Below, one piece after another: positions 38,401 to 49,521 of a stretch of 64,000 bases of DNA. The stretch comes from Okamejei kenojei (Eukaryota). The stretch is from contig CM069136.1 in the NCBI GenBank assembly GCA_035221665.1, positions 113,522,001 through 113,586,000 of the forward strand, in the 5' to 3' direction. The position numbers and the translations under genes are program-made. The notes under the pieces were generated by a model. The model worked only from the letters and a program-made list of their open reading frames with translations. It was not told the origin of the DNA and made no database searches. The first letter of the stretch is position 1. Every line of letters begins with the position of its first letter.

Positions 38401-39986
38401 ATTGATTATAGAAACACATTACATTTTAGGATTTGGGTTGTCAGGGGTGAGGGATTAGATAGGATGCGCTCTTCTTTGTAACATCCTAGCAAACTCAAAA
38501 ATGATATCTGTCATCGATTAATATGTCTACCTTCTTCAATAATCGATGTTATCACCACTTATTTATTCAAGAAGTTGAATGTGCCTAAATTCAAACTATT
38601 TATACATTTTAATGACCTAAATGATTGCATTGTTTTTTTTGTAATGAACTGCGATGTAAAATAACCAAACAAACACTTAAATGAATCCCGAAGAAAGTTG
38701 GTGATACTTGTAAATTACGATTGTGTTCACAGCACAATCATAGTGAAAAACATTTCAAATATAACAAATATCTGGCACTAATTTTCTCCTTCTGAGCTCC
38801 TTTAGCCCGGCGTTGCGCCTCTCCCTCCTGTCTAAAGGATAAAGCTAAATACTCATTAAACACTGTGCTTGTGTTATAATTGCAATGAATTGGTTTCCTG
38901 TTTCTGTTTTTCCAGGCTTAGTTATTTTTAAGGAAATTGCTTCCGATTTCCCGGTGTTTTATTATCTCTTATTACTCTTAAAGCATCATTATGCTTCCAG
39001 TTCAAAATTCTAATTTTAGCTGTTCATTATATTTGGTAGAATGCCGGTGACTATTCAAAGTGATTTCAATTATTAAGCAGGGTAGTGTAACTAAATAATG
39101 GTAATTTTAAGTGTATAGGTAACACAGCGAAGTGATCTGGTGGAATCATAAAGTGGTTATTAATGCAGCCTGTGTAACACAAACGATAGTAAGCGAGGGT
39201 GCAAATTAAGGAAACGGGAATTATAATAACAGTTTAATAATCCAGAGGATGTATCGTGCTATCTCGCCAATTATGGAAGGTAGCAAGTGGCGGCCAAAAT
39301 TATGGCAACTTTTGGAAACAAGGTGTTGGATTCCACAGAACACCGAATGAAAATGCAAGATATTCGATGGATGGGTAAAGGAGATTTTGAATTCCGGAAG
39401 AACACAGGTATACGACTGAGGAGGAAACAAAGGTAGGCTGAAAGGTAGTTCGTCGTTTCAGAAGCAACTATAATATTACTCTGCACCGCTAAATGCAGGT
39501 GCGTGGAGCCAGGCACGAATGCAACGTTCTGAAAGCATTGTCGTGTGTGTTTAGTATTGTTCTTCGTCCCTTTCTAGTACTTGCTGGTGGTAAACCACAA
39601 CAACTTGCCTACAAAGCCATGTTGTCTGTCAATTGCCACATCATACAAGCCATGTCCTTATAGCAATCCGCCGCTCCATTACCTCATGCCTTGTAAGGCC
39701 GGATTCACATAAAATCCCCATACGCTTGAGTGCACGCCCTTAATTATTGAACAGATACATGTTTCTTTTCAATGGATGGGGTAATTAATAGACTATCAGT
39801 AAAACTTGATTCAACACTTCCTAGCGGTTTAACACTTTGTTTATAATGTGTTTCTACTTATTCAGGCCAATATGAAAGAGTGCGAATAGAGGTCTTGAGT
39901 TTGTGATCTTTTGGATAGTCACACAACCAAACAGGTTATGCAGATGTGAGTATGGGACTTTCAAGTTTTTCCTCCGCATGTGCGCG

Positions 39987-40126
39987 NNNNNNNNNNNNNN
40001 NNNNNNNNNNNNNNNNNNNNNNNNNNNNNNNNNNNNNNNNNNNNNNNNNNNNNNNNNNNNNNNNNNNNNNNNNNNNNNNNNNNNNNNNNNNNNNNNNNNN
40101 NNNNNNNNNNNNNNNNNNNNNNNNNN
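39987..40126. other. Assembly gap
   Basis: N run. Confidence 1.
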
Positions 40127-43100
40127 AATCGTGTTAATCACAAAAATCAGCATTATTGTTATATTACCCTGATGAAAACTACATAATTACCCTTACCGCA
40201 GCAGTCAGTAGAGCCAGCTTTCATTTTGCTTAAATGTTGGTTAATCCTTTAGGTGCTTAAAAAATAGCGGAATCTTTGGCAAAAACAGGTTACCAGCGAT
40301 ATCGGAATAGATATAGCAACCCGAAGGCATGAATTCTAAACCTTAGACATGTACACGTACATTAATTCTAAACCTTAGATATTAACATGTACTCCAAACC
40401 TTATACTACTTTAAGTACATGGCAATAGATATATAACCGACCTTGCGAGAATTAATTTTACGTTTTCCTTCAAATTTGACATTTTCGCCCATGAAATGTT
40501 ATGCTAAAAAATTTTCAGCAAATACTAGCGAAAGAGATTCCTTGGCAATTTATTCATTATTTCAAAGGATTGACAAAGTGTAACATTGTGCCATTCTTAT
40601 AACTTCATTTATGTTTTGATCAAATACTGCATTGCAAATATCTCATTGTTAATCCACCATTTATTTTTTTAAACATTAACAATTTGCCCTTATTATCGCG
40701 ATGATCACTAAGGTCAATGTACAGGTGATTTAAATGCCTTTCACAAACCCATTATTTTATTAGTTTTTTTTTCTGCTATTTGTCACCCCACCATATTTTT
40801 TCAATCTCGTGCTCGCCGGTCGCGTTTCTTCCTCGTTTTTCACCCCCATTTGTGAATAACGATCAATTGATGGCAATAACTTGTGAGCTGCTGTTCAAAC
40901 TAAAAAAAAACAGGACCCACGTTTGCCACATGCAGTCTTTACCTTTACACGGTAGTCGGACGATTCATGTGAATGTGATTGAGATACTGATAACAAGAAG
41001 GTGCAGAACACCCACAGCCTGCCTCCGAAATAAATTACACCACTAATGTGTTTTAAAACGGGACAGACTTTACAGGGGTTAACTGCAGATATAATTTATG
41101 GAATAACAATCATAGGTCGCCATCTCGTAAACTGATAACACATGTCACTTCGGTTTGTCTTTTCTTTAATATGCTATCGTAAAATGTTTTCGGAAGCTTC
41201 GCTAAAGGTCGAGGAAGCTTTAATACTCGTATTGCAGTTCTGTAATCTACATATGCATTTCCTCGCATGTGCGCGGCTTGACTGAAAGCAACAGGCCTTA
41301 GCTGGTCACGTTTGTGGCATCTAAAATAACCTTTATAAGCACAGTACATACTTAGAATGCGTGGTTTTCTCCGGATAATTGCTTAAGTACACAAAACTTC
41401 TCAGTCCTTAGCTGGACACATGATTAATTTCAGTCCAAATTCAGCGAGTTCCTGTTCCCAGTCACTAATATTAACATATGGAACTGTATTCCACAAACCA
41501 GTAAGTGGATTCATTCAGCTGTGTTCCTAGAATGTTCCCACGACTAACACAGCCATACATACTGTAATTCTACTCTCTTTGATGTATAGATCAAATTAAC
41601 AACACTGCATTTGTTCAAAGTTGTCTGCGCCGTTCCATATCAGCAGGCAAAACACACACATTTCCTCCTGCCGTCTAACAAGCAAATTCGCACAATAATA
41701 TATATGCATTGCACGATTTGTATCTCACGAGACATGCATTGCCTGAACACAAAATTGATTTATGTTAAGAAATACTCAAAAACTAACGTAAATCACATGA
41801 CAATCAAGGATTGCATGTGTTCAACAAAATATATATTTTTCATAAACTCTGTCCATTTTTTAAAAATTATTTTGCTCTCAAGGAAGGAATGTATATACCA
41901 TTAAATCTTTACCTCAGGTCACAGCGAAAGTAAGCAAGAGCAACTGCAATTTGAAAAGCAATAGTCCCTTGATTAGCTCAATTGGATTCAAGCTCAATCG
42001 CGTTGTTGACAGATAATAACACGAAGGGAGTTTCCTGGTATAAAATATGATTTCAGGAGTTTCTAACATTCCTGATATTCAATATAACTGAATTTATTTG
42101 ATGAAATACAATTTTATTTTTAAAAGATCACTCCTTCAATCAAGTTAAATAGCCCCGAACACGCCCTATGTTTATGCAGGAGTCAAAGCGATTACATCTA
42201 TACGCGACTCGAAATAATTATATTTATGATTCCGTAATGCTTAGACATCTAATCATTTGGATAGTTCGTGTGTAATTTGCACATGTACATTTGTTGCCTG
42301 TTCGGTGTTTTATAAAGGCTATGCAATGATAGGGTGTGTGTGTGTGTGTGTGAATCCCTCGTTGGATTCCCTAACTTCATCGCCGGAATTAAAAAAAAAG
42401 GTTTAAACAAAAAGTATGCCATTCGGTTATTCACTGCACCCAATAACCTAGAATTCAAAACAATTAATAACAAGGAAAGGTGGCAATTTCTCCCCGCCCA
42501 CACCCGATCCCAATGCGTTCTGCCTTGCCTACCATTTAAATGCTGTCGAAGAACTATATTTTTAGAAAATATATTTTTGTTGTGCTCAAGGGATTTTCAT
42601 AACTAACAAAACGCAAAACAAACGACCGTACAGAATCCTCAAAGCAGTCGCTGATACGCGAATATTGTCGAGCGTTGGTTGCTGTAAAAGTTCTCTGCAT
42701 CCCACCCCAGATCCAAATGCCCCCCCCCCCTCCGCCCCCCGCCCAAACAAAAAAAACTATCACATTTACTTGTCATGAATACAGCGTTGAGTTCTCCGGC
42801 GCACTTTCACTAACTTTATTCAAAAATAGATTGAAATATATGACAAGGTTGATATGGATGAAAGAGGATATTGTATGGGCTTCACTGTTGGCAGTTATTA
42901 AAACAAGCCTGCTCGCTAACAAAAGAAGTGCTGTCGCTATAAAGGCGAGAGCCGATTCTGGATTTGGCTAAGTGGATAAAGACATTCTCCGTAGCCTTAG
43001 AGCACCATCTCTCATATAGTAAGTTCATTGCTTACCTATTGAAACCTGTTGAAGGACCATTAAATTGATAAATTAGCAGCCGCTGGCCCTTCTCACTGTC

Positions 43101-44379
43101 CACCTTCAGCTTCTGTCTGCATTCTGCTACCATGGTACCGAAATGCAATTGAATTTCTGCATTTCACCTCTCTGTCTCTGTCTCTGTCTCTTTCTCTGTC
43201 AGTCTGTATCTCTCTCTCGCAACCTCAGTGACCAAGGGTAGAGGGTTTTTTTTTGGTGGAAGGGGCGGTTTGCAGAGAAATAATAAAGCTCTGTAGAGAA
43301 GTCGGCAAACGTGACTTTGAACTTGGATCGGCTCCTGTAGTCCCTGCAGAGTCCAGCCCTGGAGGACTGAAAGAATAGCGGTGAGCACGAAGCTGCGCCG
43401 CTTTAGACAGGAATTAGTGAATTAAACCAACACCCAAAACTTCTTTGTTAAAAAAAAACCCAGACCACTAAAAAAAAAGCTGTAAGAAGCTCTATTGCAA
43501 ACATGCACGATGCCGAACCAACATTCAACTCCATACGTTATTGGCACATTCATTAAATTCATTGCCGTGTTCATGGTTTTTTTCCAAAATCCTTCCGGTG
43601 TTGCATCAGTTTATATATATATTGTTCATCGTATATTATAGTATTGGCGTTTCTGAACAATATAAAAGGTCAGTAAAAAGCGTAACATTAGATTTTTTTA
43701 AAATTAACTGTGTGGTTTAGGGGGACGGGAGGAGAGGTGGGGCAGGGTTGAAAGAGGAGGGGGTCCTGGGGGCTGTTTCCGTTATGTTGCTTTGGTTTTC
43801 GTTTTCTCATTCCAGACTTGCCCTTGAATGCAGAGTTTTCCTCCACTACACTGGCCTCGATTTGCCAAACAGAAAACCATGGCGTGTTCCGCCCGTGACA
43901 ATAAGTAAATAAACCGCCCGTGCATCAATGGGGAGTTTCATTTCTGCTCCCTTTTTTCATTTCACAATCGGCTCCCTCCAAAATCGACATAAAATAAATC
44001 GAACTTAAGTCGTGGAACGTATTTCACTGAAAAAATAATATGGTGTGCAATTTAATAGGTGTCGAATCGGATTAGACCGTTGCCTTGGCTCACAAGCAGA
44101 GTCTCACGACTAGAATCTGATCAGAAGCGGATTTGTCCATCTCACTGTTGTAATGCCCCAAAACCTTTCAATCGACAAGTTCCTGAAAAAGTTGTCTGAT
44201 TTATAACATGTTACATATTTACATGTAAAAGGCACCAGTTATGCACTAGGGGGTAGGAAACGCGTATAATGCTGTGGACATTGGTTTCGCCCCCACGCCC
44301 TCTCCTCGCCGCCCCAACTCCCACAATTTGCTCGCAAGTCATTACAACAGATTTCGATTAACTTTTTATTGCTATGCAG

Positions 44380-44790
44380 TGAAAAACGTGAGGCTGCAGC
44401 TTCGCCGGTTGTATTGGCGGGGGACAGAAGTGGTGCAGTAATGGCCGATCTCGGGGAGAGAGAAAAAAAAACACAAATCAAAGTAGGCGTAATTAATGAA
44501 AAATGGCGACGCGTTTGGAGCAAGCTACCTGGAATGGATGAGGCGGAGTTGTCCAATGAAACGCCATTATAGAGTGGCCGCTGTCCTGTTTAAAAGGGGT
44601 GTTGGGAGAAGCGCCGTCACTCCAGCCAGCAGCCGATCTCTGCATCATATGACAGGCGCGGAACCAACTTAAGGCCCCCTCCCCCCCCCAACCCCTCCCC
44701 ACGCATTTATCCTCAGGATTCTCTTATCTCTACTCCTTATTTATCTGCCATTCTGATTATCGCTATCACTGGCAACACTGCATCTGCCGA
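44380..44790 (+). promoter_or_regulatory. Putative ZIC2 promoter
   Basis: YY1-like AAAATGGCG 44500-08, CCAAT 44553-57, GC-rich and C-tract elements. Lies upstream of a GA repeat and the ATG at 45239. Confidence 0.5.
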
Positions 44791-44791
44791 C

Positions 44792-44806
44792 AGAGAGAGA
44801 GAGAGA

Positions 44807-44837
<31 letters not shown>
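44792..44837. repeat. (GA)n microsatellite upstream of ZIC2
   Basis: Directly visible. Confidence 0.95.
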
Positions 44838-44838
<1 letters not shown>

Positions 44839-45149
44839 CAAACAGACAGCAAGAGCGTTCAAATGCGTTTTCTCCGTGGGAAATTCTTTGCACAGAAGAA
44901 AACAAACTTCAATGTGATCGCAATAAAAACAAACTGTTTCAAGGACATCAAAAAAAGTTGCACGCGATAATTTGGCTCGATCGTTTTCCTCGTCGCTTTT
45001 TTTTACTTGCCAACAAAAAAACGCAGTTGGGAAGGGGCGAATCGTTGGGCTGGATTTGTGATTCATGGACTGGTTCGTTCTGACTCCTTTAGAAAACCAC
45101 CGTAAACACTGACAACATCAAGGCGTCTCTGAAGTTGCTGCTGCTACTG

Positions 45150-45152
<3 letters not shown>

Positions 45153-45183
<31 letters not shown>
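45153..45183. repeat. (TG)n microsatellite in the ZIC2 leader
   Basis: Directly visible, ~55 nt before the ATG. Confidence 0.95.
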
Positions 45184-45188
<5 letters not shown>

Positions 45189-45238
45189 GGGGGCGGGTTG
45201 TGGAGTAAGAGATTTGTTTGCTCCCCGCTTTCAGGGGA

Positions 45239-46250
45239 ATGCTGCTGGATGCGGGACCGCAGTTCCCCACCCTCGGGGTGGGCACCTTCGCCCGGCACCA
45301 CCACCACCACCACCACCACCACTCCACCGCCGACATGTCCGACCGGGATCTGGCCATGTCTCAGAACACCTTTGTCGACTCGGCGCACATGGGCGCCTTC
45401 AAGCTGAATGCCGGCGTCCACCACGACCTTCCGTCCGCTGCCCAGAACTCGGCTTTCAGCGCACAAGCGGCGGCCGGCCCGGGATACCCGTCCGCTTTAG
45501 CTCCACACGCCGCCCATGTCGGCTCCTACTCGGGCGCCGCTTTCAACTCGACGCGGGACTTTATCTTCCGCAGCCGCGGCTACACCGATTCGAGCCCGGG
45601 CTCTGGTCAGCACGGCATCTTCGGACCGAGCCCCGGGGGCTTACATCACCCACATTCGGACACCTCGGCACATATTCTGTTCCCCGGCATCCACGAACAA
45701 GGAGCATCGCATCCGTCTGCAAACGCGCACGTCCTGAACGGCCAAATGCGCTTGGGACTGGCCGGTGAAGTATTCGGGCGCTCGGACCAGTGTCCCAGGA
45801 CTGACCCCTTCTCGGCTGCCCAGGTGCACCACCACCACCACAACTATGGACAGATGAATATGAACATGGGTATGAATATGGCAACGCACCGCGGTGCTGG
45901 AGCCTTCTTCCGATACATGCGGCAACCCATCAAGCAGGAACTCATCTGTAAATGGGTCGATCCCGAACAACTGGCCAACCCCAAAAAGTCCTGCAACAAA
46001 ACCTTCAGCACCATGCACGAGTTGGTCACCCACGTTTCGGTGGAGCATGTCGGGGGTCCGGAGCAGACCAACCACATCTGCTTCTGGGAAGACTGCGCCC
46101 GGGAAGGCAAGCCTTTCAAAGCCAAATACAAATTGGTGAATCACATCAGGGTTCACACCGGCGAGAAGCCGTTCCCCTGCCCGTTTCCCGGCTGCGGCAA
46201 AGTTTTCGCCAGGTCAGAGAACTTAAAAATCCACAAACGCACCCACACAG
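45239..46250 (+). CDS. ZIC2: Zinc finger protein ZIC2, coding exon 1 (ZOC, ZF-NC, ZF1-3)
   Basis: [49 protein letters not shown] motif [22 protein letters not shown] and [10 protein letters not shown] are ZIC2-type. Phase-1 donor CAG|GTAAGC. Divergent pairing with ZIC5 agrees. Confidence 0.95.
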
Positions 46251-48127
46251 GTAAGCTCCAAACTTTCAGTCTCTCTCCCACCACAAACGCCGGGTCCGCG
46301 CTTCACGTTAACGCGGGAGAGACAGTCCCTCCCTCGCTACACACGAGTCAGGCTATTCTCTTCTCAGCGGATATTTCAACCGCTCACCGAATCACTACAA
46401 TTAAGTGTCTGTTACCAACAAATATATATTTTTTTAATTGATAGCGTTTCGAAATTTAAAATTATTATTTTTGTAACTTTCTAAACCATTTGAAAAATCT
46501 CCCTGCTGTAACCTATAACAATGCGAGCAATAGTTTTAATTCCAGATTTGTTTTTAATTTGTGAAAGTTCAGTAAAATAATAACCAACGTAAATATCTGA
46601 CATATTTTAAAAGTAAATCAGTTCAATCGCTTCTGTTTTAAAAAATCTAACATGAGTAAAATTCCTGCTGTTCTGATGATAAGTAAAACAACATTGCACA
46701 AATTCTGGGCATTGAATTTCCTCCAGAAAGCGAATGAATCACAGGTCCCTGGCCTATAAAAAATACATGAAAACATTTTAAGATTTGCATTCTGATATTG
46801 GAGGGTTTTGCCTTGGGTCAGAGATTTAAAATGCATAAAGATATAACGGGTAGGAAGCAGAAAAGCCTTCCGGAGACGGCATGTATGACTCGCAAATTAT
46901 GTCGCATTGCATAATATTTCTCTCCAGCGTATAGAATTATGTCATCAGTAGTGGCCTGTGTTTGCACCATAAACTTTGAATATAGGTCAACATGCAATGT
47001 AAGGACAGGGAGTAAGTTCTTGAACCGAAAGTGTGTGAAACGAGGCAGCTGAGAAATTCACCCATTCTCCATCGCGCGCCATTCATTATTTTCGATCATG
47101 TTTTTATTTTCTAAATCGCTGGTTCTGCAAAAGGGAGAGAGAGATAAACAAAAGCGGTAATTAATTAATAAGTTATTTAAAATAAACATTCACTATAATG
47201 ACTTGATCCGGAGTGGTGGAAGGATGTAGGCCTATTGTTCGCTCGAGTGTACGATTATTCATATGTGCTAGACGTGTCTTCAGCTTGGATTTCAACTGGG
47301 AAATTTATTTCCTTGGAGTAGCAATCCTTCCGATTTCAAGGCGGTTTGCATATCTCTCGAAAACCATTTAAATGCTAATAAATGTAATGTTGCATTGTTC
47401 CTCCGCGTTTAGCAATACTTCTGAGTGATTCACACCTCTTGGTTCCGCCGCCCAGGAATTGTCGATAAACAAAAGTTCAGAAGGGTGATTTTCGACCCCT
47501 AGATGCAATGACTATTTTTTTTTAAAGAAAGTGTATTCCCCTTAAACATAAGCAAATGGGTTCGGACTTTATTAAAAACATGTTTCCACACAGGAGTATC
47601 AACGCGGTAACTTGGAGGGGAGGAAAACCGCTGAGCATTTTATTTGATACAGTTCATTTCAAAAATTCATTCGGATAGATGCATTTAATACACATGCTCA
47701 TTCTGAAAGTCCAAATAGATTATTTATCTCCAGTCTGCCACTGCGCTAGTGCGAGGTCCCACGTTACAATCAGCTGGGAACCTTCTAATCGTGGCTTTAC
47801 ATTTCGAGAAATGAACCCGACCAATGTAAACCAAATGGTCGCATAATCACATCATTCAAACCCAAAGGCGAATCATTTTTGTCAAGCACATTTCCGTACA
47901 CAGTATTTCCAATTTGGGATGTTTCATTTGAAATATTTTAGTTGTATCTTGCCTGCAATTACAAATGTCAGGGCAGATCATAAATACCGATGATTCATAA
48001 TATGAAGTGTTTTTTTTAGTAATAAACCAAGTATTTAAATCCAGGTGCTTTGCAAGGCGTATAATGTGGCGCTCACATTGGGAGATGCGAGCGATGGAAG
48101 GAGCTATGTATGCTTGGTTTTATTTGA

Positions 48128-48442
<315 letters not shown>

Positions 48443-48462
48443 TGACTGTTTCTCTCATGCAG

Positions 48463-48648
48463 GTCCATGAAGCATCTCAAGGTTCTGAGTCCTCACCAGC
48501 AGCCAGCTCTGGCTACGAATCGTCCACTCCACCGGTCCTGGTCTCACCGTCTGCCGAACCTCCAATCAGCAATAATTTATCCCCCGCCTCTACTGCCGTG
48601 CATACCAACGTCGGCATCTCTTCCAACTTCAATGAGTGGTATGTGTAA
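48463..48648 (+). CDS. ZIC2: ZIC2 coding exon 3
   Basis: Acceptor TTTCTCTCATGCAG|GTC. Encodes [33 protein letters not shown] then stop. Joined CDS 1362 nt = 453 aa. Confidence 0.95.
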   Translation, partial: VHEASQGSESSPAASSGYESSTPPVLVSPSAEPPISNNLSPASTAVHTNVGISSNFNEWYV

Positions 48649-49515
48649 AAAAAGACCAAAGGCCCCAAACGTGGAAGATCGTCACCTCCGTCTCTAAACT
48701 TGAAAATAGATCAAACAGCTTTATCTGCAGTCTGCGTTAAAGGAAAACTGAGAACGAAATAAACCCCCCATACCAGCAATACCGAGTTGCAGTGATTTTG
48801 CAGAAATTAAGATCAAATTTTATTTATGTCTCACGGATCAAATACTTCGGCTACTTTTACAATTTTGTGCAAAAGAAGCTTTGACTGTCTGCTGAACTGG
48901 ATTTGGGATCTTTGAGACTGAGTGTTCTTTCACAGCTAGTGATTTCTTCCTTGAGATGACAAGGCTTCCCAAATTGGACATAATGGAAGCACAAGCGGAC
49001 AGAGAGAATGATTTCCTTGTATTTTAATGCTGAAAGTTAAGTCGCCCTTTGCAGGGAGACTGATTGTAAAATCTTCATCCAATCATATAGAATGGAAACT
49101 GTGCCAAAGTCAAGTTACAGTTCGCAAATACACATAAAGAACACGATTAATTGCTTGTGAATGTATTTCTTCTGTTAGCTGAGTTTTTATCTTGTGATGT
49201 TTTGTGCTTTGCAAGTTTAAATTGTGAAATACTATTGGAAGATTGTGAAAAAGTCGTGCTGTTAATTTTTGTAACAACAATACCCATTCTGTAAATAGCC
49301 GCCTTACCATATTTATCCCAGTTGTAATTAAATTATGGTATTAACTTGTTACAGATGAAACAATATTTATAAAGAATGTTTCTTAACTATAAATATGTAC
49401 AATTGTGAGGTAAGCATCAGATTGTTCAGATTGTTCTCGTTTTAATTTCTAGATAAAGCAACGTTGCCCTCTTCTTGTGTGATGTCCTGAGATCATTAAC
49501 AACATACAAAGGTAT

Positions 49516-49521
49516 AATAAA
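49516..49521 (+). promoter_or_regulatory. Candidate ZIC2 polyadenylation signal
   Basis: AATAAA ~870 nt after the stop, following an AU-rich block and preceding GT-rich sequence. Confidence 0.6.

Noticed and set aside
45089-46254. Several overlapping alternative-frame and antisense ORFs over ZIC2 exon 1 (and likewise ZIC5 exon 1)
   Set aside because: Expected by-products of GC-rich coding sequence, with no recognisable domains.
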